Source: the human T2T-CHM13v2.0 reference genome, Homo sapiens. Taken from it: a DNA stretch of 64,000 bases. The notes below the pieces were generated by a model. It did not search any database and was not told the DNA's origin. It was given only the letters and a program-made list of their open reading frames with translations. The position numbers were made by a program, and so were the translations under genes. How positions within the stretch are numbered: position 1 is the first letter of the stretch; each line of letters starts with the position of its first letter. Where the stretch lies: assembly GCF_009914755.1 (NCBI RefSeq), contig NC_060937.1; one strand, 5' to 3'. Below, in pieces: positions 17,453 through 30,843 of the stretch.

Positions 17453-19957
17453 AACGCATACTTCAGAAATATTGCTGGTTCATTTTCAGACTACTGAAGT
17501 AAAGCGAATATCTCAGTGAAAAGAGTCATATGAATTTTTTGGTTTCCCAGTGCATACAAAAGTTATGTTTACGCTATACTCTTAAGGGTGCAGTAGCATT
17601 ATGTTTAAAAAATGTACATATCTTAATTTAAAACTTTACTGCTAAAAGATACTAATGATCATCAGAGCTTCAGTGAGTCATAATCTTTTTCCTGGTGGAA
17701 GATCTTGCCTCAGTGTTGATGGCTACTGACTGATCAGGGTGGTGGTTGCTGAATATTGGGGTGGCTATGGCAATTTCTTTTCTTTTTTTTTAGAGACAGA
17801 ATTCAGTGGCGCTTTCATAGCTCACTGTAGTCTTGGATTCCTGGGCTCAAGCAACGCTCCTGCCTCAGCCTCCTGAGTAGCTGGTACTACAGGGACAGCT
17901 ATTTAAAAAAAAAATTAGTATTTTTAAAGATGGAGTCTCCCCATGTTGCCCAGGCAGGTCTCAAACTCCTGGCCTCAAGTGATCCTTTAGCCTCAGCTTC
18001 CCGAGTAGCTGGGATTACAGGTGCCAGCTGCTGTGCCCAGCTCCAGCTGTGGCAATTTGTTAAAATAAGACAGCAATGAAGTTTGCTACATCAATTGACT
18101 CTTTGTTTTACAAAAGAATTGTCTGTAGCATGCAGTGCTGTTTATGGCATTTTACCCACACTAGGACTTCTTCCAAAACTGGAGTCAATTCTCTCAATCC
18201 CTGCCACTGCTTTGTCAGTTAAACTTATGTAATCTAAGTCCTTTTTTGTCATTTCAACGATGTTCACAGCATCTTCACCAAGAGTATCTCCCATCTCAAG
18301 AAATCACTTTCTTTGCTCATCCATAAGAAGCAACTGTTCATTCATTTAAGTTTTACCATGAGATTGCAGCAATTCAGTCACATTTTCAGGCCTCACTTCT
18401 GATTCTACTTCTCTTGCTGTTTCTCCCACGTCTGCAATTACTTTCTCCACTGAAGTCTTAAACCCCTCAGTCATCTATGAGGGTTGGAATCAACTTCCAA
18501 CTCCTGTTAATGTTCATATTTTGACCTTCTCCCATGATCCTGAATGTTTTTAATGCCATCTAGAATAGTGAATCCTTTCCAGAAGCTTTTCAGTTTACTT
18601 TGTCCAGATCCATCAGAGAAATCACTATCTGTGGCAGCAATCGTCTTATGAAATATAGCTCTAAAATCATAAGACTTGAAAGTCAGAATGACCCCTTGAT
18701 CCATGGGCTGCAAAATGGATGTTGTCTTAGTAGGCATGAAAACACCATTAATCTTCTTGTACATCTCCTTCAGAGGTCTTGAGTGACCAGGTGCATTGTC
18801 AGTGAGCAGTAATATTTTGAAAGATCTTTTTCTCCTGAGCTTTCAACAGTGGACTTAAAACATTCAGTAAACCATGCTATAAACAGGTGTGCTGTCATTA
18901 GGCTTTGTTGTTCCATTTATGGAGCAGAGTAGACTGAGCATAATTCTTAAGGGCTCTATGATCTTCAGAATGGTAAATGAGCATTGGCTTCAACTTAAAG
19001 TTCCCAGCTGAATTAAATCCTTATAAGAGAGTCAGCCTGTCCTTTGAAGCTTTGAAACCAGGAATTGACTCCTCTCTAGCTATGAAAGTCCTAGAAGGCA
19101 TCTTCCAGTAGAAAGCTGTGTCATCTACATTGAAAATCTGTTGTTTAGCATAGCCACCATCATCAATGATCTTAGCTAGATCTTCTGCATAATTTGCTGC
19201 AGCTTCTACGTCAGCACTCGCTGCTTCATGTTGCACTTTTATGAAGATGGCTTCTTTGATTTAGCCTTATAAACCAACCTCTGCCAGCTGCCAACTTTTC
19301 TTCTTTACCTTCCTCACTTCTCTCAGTCTTCATAGAATTGAAGAGAGTCAGCACCTTGCTCTGAACCAGGCTTTGGCATATAGGAATGTTGTGGCTGGTT
19401 TGATCTTCTAACTGGAACTAGAATTTACTCCATATCAGCAATAAAGTAGTTTCCCTTTCTTATTACTCATGTGTTCACTGTAGTAGCACTTTTAATTGCC
19501 TTCAGGAACTTTTCCTTTGCATTCATAACTTGGCTGTTTGGAGCAAGAGGTCTGGCTTTCGGTGTATCTTGGCTTTTGCCATGCTGTCCTTGCTAGGCTT
19601 GATTGTTTCTAGCTTTTGAATTAGAGTGAGAGACGTGTGACAAAACACGTACAGTGTTTATTAGTTAGGTTTCCTGTGTTCTATGGGCACAGTTTGTGGT
19701 GCCCCAAAACAATTACAATAGTGACATCAAAGATCGCTAATCACAGATCACCATAAAAGATACAATAGTGGCACTGGAAACATTTGAAATATTGCTAGAA
19801 GTACTGGGACAGAGACACAGAGTGAGCACATGCTCTTGGAAAAATGGTGCTGATACACTTGTTCAATGTGGAATTGCCGCCGCAAACCTTCAGTTTGTAA
19901 GAAACACAGTATTTGCAAAATGCACAAAAGCAAAGTGTATAAAACCAGGTATGCTTA
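17453..19957 (-). mobile_element. Near full-length Tigger1 DNA transposon with decayed DDE transposase, interrupted by an Alu
   Basis: Ends gcatacttcagaaatattgc / caggtatgc with TA flanks; ORF remnants [22 protein letters not shown]...[10 protein letters not shown] (19021..19236) and [13 protein letters not shown] (18507..18764). Confidence 0.92.
17776..18042 (-). mobile_element. Alu (AluJ-like) inserted in Tigger1
   Basis: Antisense Alu; TSD gct(a/g)tggcaattt. Confidence 0.88.
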
Positions 19958-20948
19958 TATAAAACTACTGTTGTTATAATGGAGGAAAATACAAAAGTGA
20001 TGTCAAACAGTGTGGTGTATGCTACTTTTAGAACCTCCCTTTTTTGTGTGTGTGTCAGTGACTCTAGCATAAGTCTAATGAGTTGATTGACCTGTATAGC
20101 ACTTTACTTTATTACTTATGTTGTAATAAGTGATGGGTTTTATTTTTAAAATAAGCAGTCTGTATTTTCTATTGTAATGTATTTCTGGAGATTATATTTC
20201 AAAAATTGGGGTGAGAAATACTTATAAAAGGAAATCTAAAGAACTAGCTGGATAAAGGAAAAATGGGAAGAGAAAGGGACAAGAGTGGAAAAGTAAAACT
20301 TCAATCTTTTAGCAAAGGGAAATACTGAATTTGCTTAAGAGATTAGAGCCGTTGCTGAAATCAAGATGTGTAAAAAAATTACCCCTTGTATGTTATCGGA
20401 GCAAAGTATTTGGGGTCAGGAGCTTCCTGTGTCTGCCACTTAAATGTTTAATATTGTGCAAGTAACTTAACTTTCCTGAACCTCAGAGATGCTAAGATCA
20501 ATGTATACAGAAGTGGTATATGAAATGGTTAGTATTATGTAAATGTTTGTTATTATTACTTTTTCTTTTTGCTTTTTTGGCTGTGAGATAGTGGGCAAGT
20601 AAACTAAGTTCTTTGTGCATACTAATAAGCACATAGAGAATACTCATATATTATGAGATTCTTACTTCTCTTGTCTGGCACTCTTTTTCAGAATTTCATT
20701 CTAGAGGTTCTTGTTTAGTGTATTAGCCTTTAAACGGTATTTATCCATTCTTTCTCTTTATAATAAATTTGGACTAAAGTAAGATATATGATTGTAATAG
20801 TAATTTATATATTTTATAGCTTATAACATAGGCCTATAATAGCAATAGTAGTCCTGTATTGGTGGCCAGTTGTAAATTATTAAGTCATGGCTATGGCTAC
20901 AAAATTAAATAGATTTTATTGGTTATTCTTTTTGAATTCTTTCTTCAG

Positions 20949-21082
20949 ATACAGAAGTTTACGGTGAGTTTTATCCCGTGCCACCTCCCTATAGCGTTGC
21001 TACCTCTCTTCCTACATACGATGAAGCTGAGAAGGCTAAAGCTGCTGCAATGGCAGCTGCAGCAGCAGAAACATCTCAAAGA
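20949..21082 (+). CDS. NDFIP2: NDFIP2 coding exon 3 (134 nt): DTEVYGEFYPVPPPYSVATSLPTYDEAEKAKAAAMAAAAAETSQR, with PPxY and LPxY motifs
   Basis: ttcttcag acceptor, AGA|GTAAGA donor; PPPY at 20981-20992 and LPTY at 21008-21019; PPPYS..LPxYDEAE is the NDFIP family signature. Confidence 0.97.
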
Positions 21083-21182
21083 GTAAGAAAATTTCATCAT
21101 TTCTTTTGATAAAATTATTTTCGTTAATTGATATATACATTTAGTAATACTAAAAACAGTTCTTTGTGTGTAAGTGTGTATG

Positions 21183-21537
21183 TAGATTTTTTTTGAGCAT
21201 TATGGGTTTAAACTGCACAGGTCTACTTGTATGCAGATTGTTTTAAATAAATATATTGGAAAAATATTTTGGAGATCTGCAGCAATTTGAAAAAACTTGG
21301 GACAAATTGCATAGCCTAGAAATATCAAAAAAATTAAGAAAAGGCCTGTAATGAATGTATAAAATACATGTAAATAGTAGTTTATGTATTATCGACTGTT
21401 TATGTTATCAGTAAGGCTTCTAGTTAACAATAGGCTGTGAGTCGTTAAGTTTTGGGGAAGTCAGAGTTATACTCAAATTTTCTACCGCATGCAGGTGGGT
21501 CGGTGTCCCTAACCCGTGTATTGTTGAAGGGTTACTG
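21183..21537 (+). mobile_element. Tigger2a (MER28)-like non-autonomous DNA transposon
   Basis: gggtttaaactgcacaggtctactt... start and ttgttgaagggttactg-TA end. Confidence 0.8.
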
Positions 21538-23369
21538 TATTTGTTCTACTGTTGCTTATGTGTGTGGTCACTTTTTGTTGAAATTGGCATTCTCCTAGTT
21601 AAATTCACCTTCTTTATCCCTTGACTTCCTCTTTTCTATTGCTCTTCCCCGCTTATCCCTTCCTAAATTTTGATTTCAGGCCCCTCATGTGTTAGCCTTC
21701 ACTTCGCATCCTAACTCACTCACTCTGGTTACCACCACTTGGAAAGTTCTTCTCTTTGCCTGGACCTCAAGTCCACTGACCTCTTTGCTGTCCATGTACT
21801 TATTTATCTTCTTACATAGTTTGAATTCCATGGCCTATCATTTTAATTGTGAATCATCTTTTTTTCTATTTATGTTTCTATATTAGCATAGCCAGTTTAG
21901 TGACTGTGAAAGAACTCAAGGTAGCCAAAAAACACAGAGAAATGTTACAAGGCCTTCAAATTATTTTTGTCAGCTGTTTTTTTTTTTTTTTTTTTTTTTT
22001 GATAACATTCTACTCTAGAATTTTGGAATGATGATCAAGCATTCTGTCTTCCTCATCTACATGTTTTAGTAATGGAGTTAATGAGATACATGTGTATTAC
22101 TCTTTGCTCTGGTAAACGGAGTGGCTGTCTCAGTAATGGAGAGTCAGTGAGATACATACACATCTACTATTCTGCAGCCAGGTAAGAGGCAGAAATTATT
22201 TACATTTTAGTGTGGCTGCAAGGAGGGCTAGAATTTTTTGCCTTTTTTTTCTTGCTTCAGACTTGAGAGATGCCGTTTCAGATCCCTGGATTCACCCCAT
22301 TTTGTTCGGGAAAAAGACAAAAAAATCAATTCACCCAGGAAAGCTAGAATTAGGTGAGGAGTCAAGGGAGAGAGATGTGCTTCCATGTATGGCATTCTCC
22401 TCTAGCTGCTATGAGGTCAGAGCCCAGCAAGCAGATCCTCTGAGAGAAGAGCATGTGCCCTGAATGTGTTTCTTTGATCAGCAATAACCCTATTTATGCC
22501 TGCTCCTACTACCCTCTTCCAGCACACACAGGGTTAAACGTCAACATAAATAGCTTTGGACACAGTTATGAAGGTAGATAAAGACAGTAAACTCCGAATT
22601 TATTTTTTATGCCTTTTCCTTCACAGAGGAGGAAAGTAAGTCTCTTAACACAGTGGCATAATATAGCTGAGTCAATAAGAATTTTTGTTGCTTTGAGGGG
22701 AACATCACAGAGGAGGAGGATAGATCTAAATAGGGTATTTTTGTCTAAATAAGTTCTCGGTTACTTAGAACACATATATTTGTAAATGAACATGCACATC
22801 TCTCAGTGAAGTAGATTGATTCCTCTCTAGCTATGAAAGTCCCAATAACTCCTTTTCTCAGGGGGTGTTTGCCCAGAGACCTTAAGAAGTATTATGGACC
22901 GTAGATCATTTACTGCCCTAACTTCCATACAATAGGATAGAATTCTAAAGACAAGGTAGGAAGCATTAAGTCTTGGTAAGTGTGCTTTGAGAAAAGTTGA
23001 TTTTACCCCTTTTGAAGAGAAAAGTCTGAAGTATTACTGTTCCATTCCCTCATTGTCATCATTTCCAGCACCCTGTTTTAGAAAGTAAATGTAATCCTCA
23101 GCCAGAATTGGAACATGTCCATAAAGAAAAGCTCCCTGTTTTTACCTGCTTCTGATATCATTGTAACCCCAGCTTGTGAGCATTGTGGAAAATTTCATAG
23201 ACAGCAAAGTATTAATAGAATTGTGTACAAGAGACTAACTTAGGTCTTGTAAAAAATCTTATAAATTTACCAGTGCTTCCTAACCCGGTGCTTCAGCACC
23301 CTCTTTGTGCAGAGTATGAATGTTTGCATATGAGTCTCCATTACCTGATTGAGATGAAAAATTGGTCAA

Positions 23370-23560
23370 TGCTTGAAAATTGCTAGGAGAGTAGATTTTA
23401 AGCGTTCTTGCACAAAAAAAAATATTTGAGGTACTGTACATGGTAATTAGCTCAATTTAGCCACTCCACAATGTATACACATTTTAAAACATCATGTAAT
23501 ACATCATAAATATATACAGTTTTTGTCAATTACAAACAAAATTTAAAAATTGAAAAAAAG
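23370..23560 (+). mobile_element. L1MA-type 3' end fragment
   Basis: aaaattgctaggagagtagattttaagcgttct...ccacaatgtatacac...aaaacatcatg and an A-rich end. Confidence 0.7.
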
Positions 23561-24365
23561 TCTCATCAAATTAGCATTTGAGTACATTCAGTTGTAAATG
23601 AGTCTCAGCTGGGTGAGTTGAAAGCTTGTTTCCTAAATCAACTCTCACTGGGAGAATATAGTCAAGAGACTTTAAAACTACTGTTTTTACTATTTCCTAT
23701 TTCTGATGTGTAGAATTGCACGTATGTTATGGAATGGTTAAGTAGATTTCTGAAAATGACAACTCATTGTTAATATTTCTACGAAAAATGCTAATTCCAA
23801 ACTATTAATTTTATAAGATGTTTAGAACATGGCTTGTTCTTCAGGTAGACTCATTTCATCTTATAATGGGTAGGGCTCTTTTTTTGTAACTTGTTTTAAA
23901 TTGTTGCAGTAACTTGTCTTTTGACTAGATAAATCATGAGCAACACCAGGACAGAGATCTTGCATTTACATTCCCAGTACCTAGTTATTTATCAGGCACA
24001 TTTTTGTTGTTTAGTCAATGACAGTTGATTAAGTTAATGAATGCTTTCTTTGTGTTAGCCAATGTGGGAAAATAGAAAGAGGAAAACACCACAGGTGTTC
24101 TGTTACAGCTCTCTATTTTAAAATATTTTGATGTCTTTACCAATTTCAGGATTCACAAATTAATGTTTAATGTAGTTGAAATTATTGCCTAGATACCATT
24201 TTATTTTTTAAACATCTTATATAAATATTTCCCTGTTACTTAATAGTTAAATTCCCTGTAATCAATATGCTATTGAAACTTAGTGGCCATTCCTCTAGAG
24301 TGAACAATTATTTTCAAATGTTTGTGTTTCGATTTTTTCTATTAATATTATAAAAGACATCTTTG

Positions 24366-24673
24366 GGCATATTGCAGTGACTCACTCCTGTAATCTCAGC
24401 ACTTTGGGAGGCTGAGGCAAGCAGGTTGCTTGAGCTCAGGAGTTTGAGACCAGCCTGGGCAACACAGCGAGACCTTATTTCCACTAAAAAGAAAAAAAAA
24501 AATCAGCTAGGTGTGGTGGCATGCACCTGTAGTTCCAGCAACTTGGAAGGCTGAAGTGGGAAGATCACTTGAGCCCAGGAGATTGAGGCTGTAGTGATCC
24601 CGGATGAAGACTGCAGTGAGCCATGATTGTGCCACTGCACTCCAGCCTGGGTGAGAGTGAGATCTTGTCTTAA
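24366..24673 (+). mobile_element. Alu (AluJ-like), lacking its A tail
   Basis: Sense dimer with a small internal duplication near 24586-24620. Confidence 0.9.
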
Positions 24674-24723
24674 TTTTTTTTTTTTTCCTAAATGATGACT
24701 TTTGATAAAATTTCTGTATTGAT

Positions 24724-25034
24724 TTTTTGGTGGTGGTGGTTTTGTTTTTGAGGCGCAGTCTCACTCTGTCTCCTAGGCTGGAATGCAGTAGTGCAATCTC
24801 AGTTCAGTGCAACCTCCGCCTCCCCAGTTCAAATGATTCTCCTGCCTTAGCCTCTTGAGTAGCTGGGACTACAGGAGCACGCCACCACATCTGGTTAATT
24901 TGTTTTTGTATTTTTAGTAGAGATGGGTTTCGCCATGTTGGTCAGGCTAGTCTTGAACTCCTGACTTCAAGTGATCCACCCACCTCGGCCTCCCAAAGTG
25001 CTGGGATTACAGGCATGAGCCACTGTACCTGGCC
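24724..25034 (-). mobile_element. Alu (AluS-like)
   Basis: Antisense dimer, tail-to-tail with the previous Alu. Confidence 0.92.
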
Positions 25035-25466
25035 TGGACTGATGTTTTAAAATACACAGTATGAAATATATTTTTGCCATCACACTGACAATTTTTTGTT
25101 CTTACTGTGCTTTAATGTTTATTTCTTGAATTAATTTGAAATTATTTAAAATTTTATAAATATGCACTTAGTCATGGCCAGTCATTAAATTTAGTATATT
25201 GAGTTTACCTATGATATATGATTGCACAATTTAAGGGATCTTTGTGCCCGAATAATAAGCAATATAAAATGGTTTTGAAAGTTTTTTTATTTCAGGATAG
25301 CAGTATGCTTAGTGAGACTACCATGATTGTGTGGAAACAACATCAGTGTCCTGGATTCAAGTTCCACTTTGACCCTCCTAATTATGTGATATTGAGCAGA
25401 GCCCTAGCTTCTCAGACTTGGCCTCACAAAATTGAGTTATTCACACTCAACTGAGATGATGTGTAC

Positions 25467-26660
25467 CGTATTAGTCCATTTTCACACTGCTATAAAGAAA
25501 TACCCAAGACTGGGGAATTTATAAAGAAAAGAGGTTTAATTGACTTACAGTTCTGCAGACTGTATAGGAAGCATAGCAGCTTCTGGGGAGGCCCCAGGAA
25601 ACTTACGATTGTGGCGGAAGGTGACGGGGAAGCAGGCCCATTTTACATGGCTGGAGCAGGAGGAAGAGAGAGAGTGAAGGGGTGATGCCACACACTTTTA
25701 AACAACCAGATCTCAGAAAAAACAATAATGCACTCACTCACTCTCATGAGAACAGCGCCCAGGAAAATGATGTGAAACCATTAGAAACCACCCCCATGAT
25801 CCGATCACCTCCTAACAGGCCCAATCTCCAACAGTTGAGGATTACAGTTGAATATGAGATTTGGATGGGGACACAGATCGAACCATATAATTCTGTCCCT
25901 GGCCTCTCCCAGATCTCATGTCCTTCTCACATTTCAAAATACAACCATGCCTTCCCAAGAGTCCCCCAGAATCTTATTCCAGCATTAACTCAAAGAGTCA
26001 ACAATCCAAAGCCTCATCTGAGACAAGGCAAGTCCCTTCCACCCACGGGCCTGTAAAATCAAAAACAAGCTAATTACTTCTAAGATAAAATGGCACTATA
26101 GGCATTGGGTAAATATGCTGGTTCCAAAAGGGAGAAATTGGCCAACAAAAGGGGATACAAGCCCCATGGAAGACCGAAACCAAGCCTGACAGTCATTAAA
26201 TCCTAAAGTTCCAAGATAATATTTTTTTGAGACGGTCTCACTGTCGCCCAGACTGGAGTGCAGCGGTGTGATCTCGGCTCACTGCAGCTGCTACCTCCCG
26301 AGTTCAAGCGATTCTCATGCCTCAGCCTCCTGAGTAGCTGGGATTACAGGCATGTGCCACCATACCTGGCTAATTTTTGTATTTTTAGTAGAGGCAGGGT
26401 TTCACCATGCTGGCCAGGCAGGTCTTGAACTCCTGGCCTGAAGTGATCCACCTGTCTTGGCCTTCCAAAGTGTGAGATTATAGGCGTGAGCCACAGCGCC
26501 TGGCCAGAATAATCTTTGACTCCACGTCTCACATCCAGGGCTTACTGGTACAAGGGGTGGGCTTCCCAGGCCTTGGGTAGCTCTGCCCCTGAGGCTTTGC
26601 AGTGTACAGCTCTGTGGCTGCTTGAGGGACTGGCATCGAATGCCGGCAGCTTTTCCAGAA
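25467..26660 (-). mobile_element. MSTA-like MaLR LTR (25467-25890) plus adjoining internal sequence, interrupted by an Alu
   Basis: gtattagtccattttcacactgctataaagaaatacccaagactggg ... ggggacacagatcgaaccatat, followed by MST/THE1-internal-like sequence. Confidence 0.85.
26222..26505 (-). mobile_element. Alu (AluS-like) inserted in the MST internal region
   Basis: Antisense dimer with a short T tail. Confidence 0.92.
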
Positions 26661-26739
26661 AAAAGGCCACCAATGCCTCTACCTGGAAGACATGTAGAAA
26701 CATGATAGACTTGGGGAGAATTGTCTCCTAACATAGTCT

Positions 26740-27020
26740 GCTGTTGATGGGCATTTAGATTGTATCTAATCTTTTGCTCTTATTAACATTGCTGGAATGA
26801 ATTATCTTTAATACATCATTTTTATAAGAGGGAATATGTGTGTGTGTGTATACATATATATATATGCGCAGTGTATTTTAAGAACTGGAATTGCTGGATC
26901 ATAGGGTATGCACATTTTTATTTTTGATAATTATTGCAAAATTGCCAACAATATAAGTTGTACCAATTTATACTCCACCACTGGTTATGAAAGTTCTTAT
27001 TTCCCAGTCATTACTAATGG
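26740..27020 (-). mobile_element. Old L1M fragment
   Basis: ctgttgatgggcatttag...ggaattgctggatcatagggtatg...ttgtaccaatttatactcc. Confidence 0.65.
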
Positions 27021-27305
27021 AGCACTGTCACATGTATCTTCTTGATACCATTTTTATGAGTTTGATGTTATTCATCTTTTATCTTTTTTGTGTTTATCTT
27101 TAAAGTTACTCTTTTCAAATGTGACTGTGAAAAAATATTACTTGCTAATGCTTATTGATTACTCTGTGCCAGACATTGTACTCATTATTGCATTTGTCTA
27201 TACAACAAATTGAGAACATTAGATGTTGCTGAAGTTCTTATGCTTACATTTAAGATGATAAAGTTGTAATTTTTAGTGAGCTATTCCAATGTTACATATT
27301 TACAG

Positions 27306-27399
27306 ATTCAGGAGGAAGAGTGTCCACCAAGAGATGACTTCAGTGATGCAGACCAGCTCAGAGTGGGGAATGATGGCATTTTCATGCTGGCATTTTTCA
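27306..27399 (+). CDS. NDFIP2: NDFIP2 coding exon 4 (94 nt): IQEEECPPRDDFSDADQLRVGNDGIFMLAFF(M), start of TM1
   Basis: tttacag acceptor, TCA|GTAAGT donor; conserved NDFIP motif DADQLRVGNDGIFMLAFF; phases 0/1 fit the neighbouring exons. Confidence 0.96.
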
Positions 27400-29999
27400 G
27401 TAAGTAATCTTCCTAAACTATTTTGGGTTGTTTTTATGAATTGGCTGTATGTGTATTAAAGTAACATAGTGAAGAGAAGCAAATATTGTTAGCATATGTC
27501 TACCTTTCTTAAAATGTAAATTGTTCCTGATATTGGACTAATGAATACTGTGATCATATGTTTAAATACAAATCCTAGAATTTATCAAACTCTTGTTGGA
27601 TAAATTTATGCGTTGCAGCCATTATGAAGATGCTGACATGTAAAAGTACATAAGCATATTTAAGCTATTTCAGATTTTTAAAGAGAAATACTGCTATATT
27701 GGTGCCCATTCAGCTCTGTAGGAGCGTATAGAATGAAACTATAAATTGCACTATTGGGGCAGAGGATTTCCATTTGAGTGTCCTTAAGCTAGAAGAAGGA
27801 TTGGAAAAACAGATATTCTGGGCAACTGGAACAGTGTCACTTGGGACAGACAGTTATGAAAGTATAAGTCTTATTTGGGGGAATGTTAAGTAGTTAGAAG
27901 ATCAGAAACAGTAACATTTTAACATCTTGCAGAATTCTTAGTATTTGACTTATAAAGTAAATTTAATCTGCTTGAGGGAAGACTGTGTCAAAGTCTTCAT
28001 TATTTCAATTCATAATACAGGGATTGACATAGTAAACTCATTAAATAATAAGATGCCCAATCAACTGTTTAAATTACTAAAGCCAGTGGTAGAAACCCAA
28101 TATTCATTTAAGTAAGTTTATTAGTCTATGATATAGTTAATTTCTGCCCTCAATCTGGTTAAATGATCAAGCTTTCATTCTTGGATAGAATGCTGATTTA
28201 ATTCAATTTAGTTAAAAGCTTTATTATGATCATAAAACCGAGAAATAATTTACTTATTTAAAGTGCCACATTCAGCTTTAAAAAGTAGAAAATACAGCCT
28301 TCGTGAGTTGTCACTTTTGAGTCTGAAAGTCCATGTAAACCCTGTCCTCCAAGTTTGAAATGGTTTCTTGCTTCCCTTCTATTTTCATCTGCTGAAGAAA
28401 AGACGGGGAGGGGAATGAGCAAGGAGGGCAGACAGCTCCTCAAATTTACTAATTGTAATGTTCACGTTGTCAACCAGCTAATGTATATGCAAGATTTAAA
28501 TCTTAAATTGGTTTTAGTTACAATTTCTAGTTATATAATGTTAGGTATAATAAAAAGGAAATAAACTGTGGTTACAAATGAGTGCTGTTTTGTAATATTA
28601 GTCCTGTGAACCTTGGTTTTTATCTTAATTTTGGTTTAACTGGTAATCCTATATATTAATAACATTTTAATAACAAACTTCTCACAGTTTGTTTACAAAA
28701 AAGAGTAGCTTAAACATTCATTACTTTCATTGTTATTATACCTTTTAAGAAACCTTAATTAGAAAGGAAAGGATCTAAATATATTGTATTATTTTTAGTA
28801 TAAATACCTGGTTCTGGGGAATAAAAACATGTTATTTGACACCTTCTAATTATGCAACTCAGAAGTCTTATTTCTCCGTTTATTTCACTTACCACCAGTA
28901 TCTTCTTTTTAATTTTAATTTTTTAGATTTGAAGCCCTTTCACTGATGTGTTATAAATGCATGGTAACTTAGACACACTGGATGACTTTATTCTTAGCCA
29001 GTGGTAGTATATTAGTTAATATAATGTAAATGTATATATTTATATTTAATAGATTTAATATATATTTTACTAAATTTTTACTAAATTGTTTCCACAACTT
29101 ATATATTTAATGCTTCCTGTTTTACAAATATTGTACCAACATTATAACAGTAAATTTATATTTTTACCTGTATTTCCTGATTTTTTTTTCTGGCAGGCTA
29201 TAGGCCTAGAGTTTATTTGCTTGATAAGCATAGATTTGTTTGTCATCACTACCATCTAGTGGCTGTTTTTCAAATTGCAACTTGCTATATTTTCCGTGTT
29301 TCTTAAATATCTAATAGCTACTGTGGGTAAAAAGGTCCAGAAATAGATTTTATTTTTAGTGTGGTTTAATTATAACTTAAGCATTTCAGGTTATATAACT
29401 TGCACAAGTAAAATTACAGTGAATATCAATAAGACTATTTCAATTAAAACCTTTTGGTGGCTTAATTCTTTCCTTCTTTATTTTCAGTGTTTTACCTCAC
29501 ATAACCTAAAAAAAGTTTACACTTAAATTTGGTAAGATAATTGCATATTCTTGTTCAGAAAATGTAAAAGAAGAAATGTTTGTAATAATGCTTTTGCTTC
29601 TCAAAATCCTTTTAAAGTGTTACCATAAAATGCCTCAGATACATGCCTAATGTGCATATCTCTGATCTTATTTTTAAGAAATTTTCTAAGAGAATGGAAC
29701 AGAATTTGGTTATTTGCCAAATACTAGAAATGAAAAGTTTATGGATAATTGACAGTCTATGGAAATGACCTTAAATTTTAGTACTTCAAAATGTAATGGG
29801 CTCTTATTTGATCCTGTTTAGAAAACTTTTCTTCTGAGGTTTAGCCATTTGTACCGTGTGTGAATCTTCACATCAGCATGCCATGATAATAAGTAATCAC
29901 CTGCATTATTATCATTTTAGACTTGAGGGAAACAGAAAGAGAAGGTATTTGTAACCTTAAAATAATTAGAAGGGTGTTTTGAAATGTGAATTCTGATTT

Positions 30000-30230
30000 G
30001 TAAGAAATTGCCAAACTGTCTTCCAAAGTGGCTGTACTATTTTGCATTCCCACCAGCAATGAATGAGAGTTCCTGTTGCTCTGTGTCCTTGCCCGTATTT
30101 GGTGTTGATGGTTTTTTTGTGTTGTTCTGTTTTTTGTTTTTTTTTTCAGACATTCTAATAGTTTGGTGATGGTATCTTATTGTGGTTTAATTTTTATTTC
30201 CCTAACAATTGATGTTAAGCATCTTTATTC
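30000..30230 (-). mobile_element. Old L1M (L1MB-like) fragment
   Basis: gccaaactgtcttccaaagtggctgtactattttgcattcccaccagcaatgaatgagagttcctgttgct. Confidence 0.75.
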
Positions 30231-30402
30231 AGTTTATTCTTTTGAGCACCTACCATATACAAGTCAAAAAGTTACAGTTTTTAAAGGGGCTATCTGGACA
30301 CTACACATCTTGACACATCTTGGAAAACAAAACATTGATGTCTTATTCTGTCCACAAAAAGCTGTTTTTTATATAGCTTTTACATGACATTACATAGCAT
30401 AA

Positions 30403-30843
<441 letters not shown>

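Noticed and set aside
21035-21067. Polyalanine expansion tract
   Set aside because: Short, interrupted (AKAAAMAAAAA) and mixed GCT/GCA codons; ordinary.
25461-26056. 74-aa and 124-aa ORFs
   Set aside because: Fall within the MST LTR/internal sequence.
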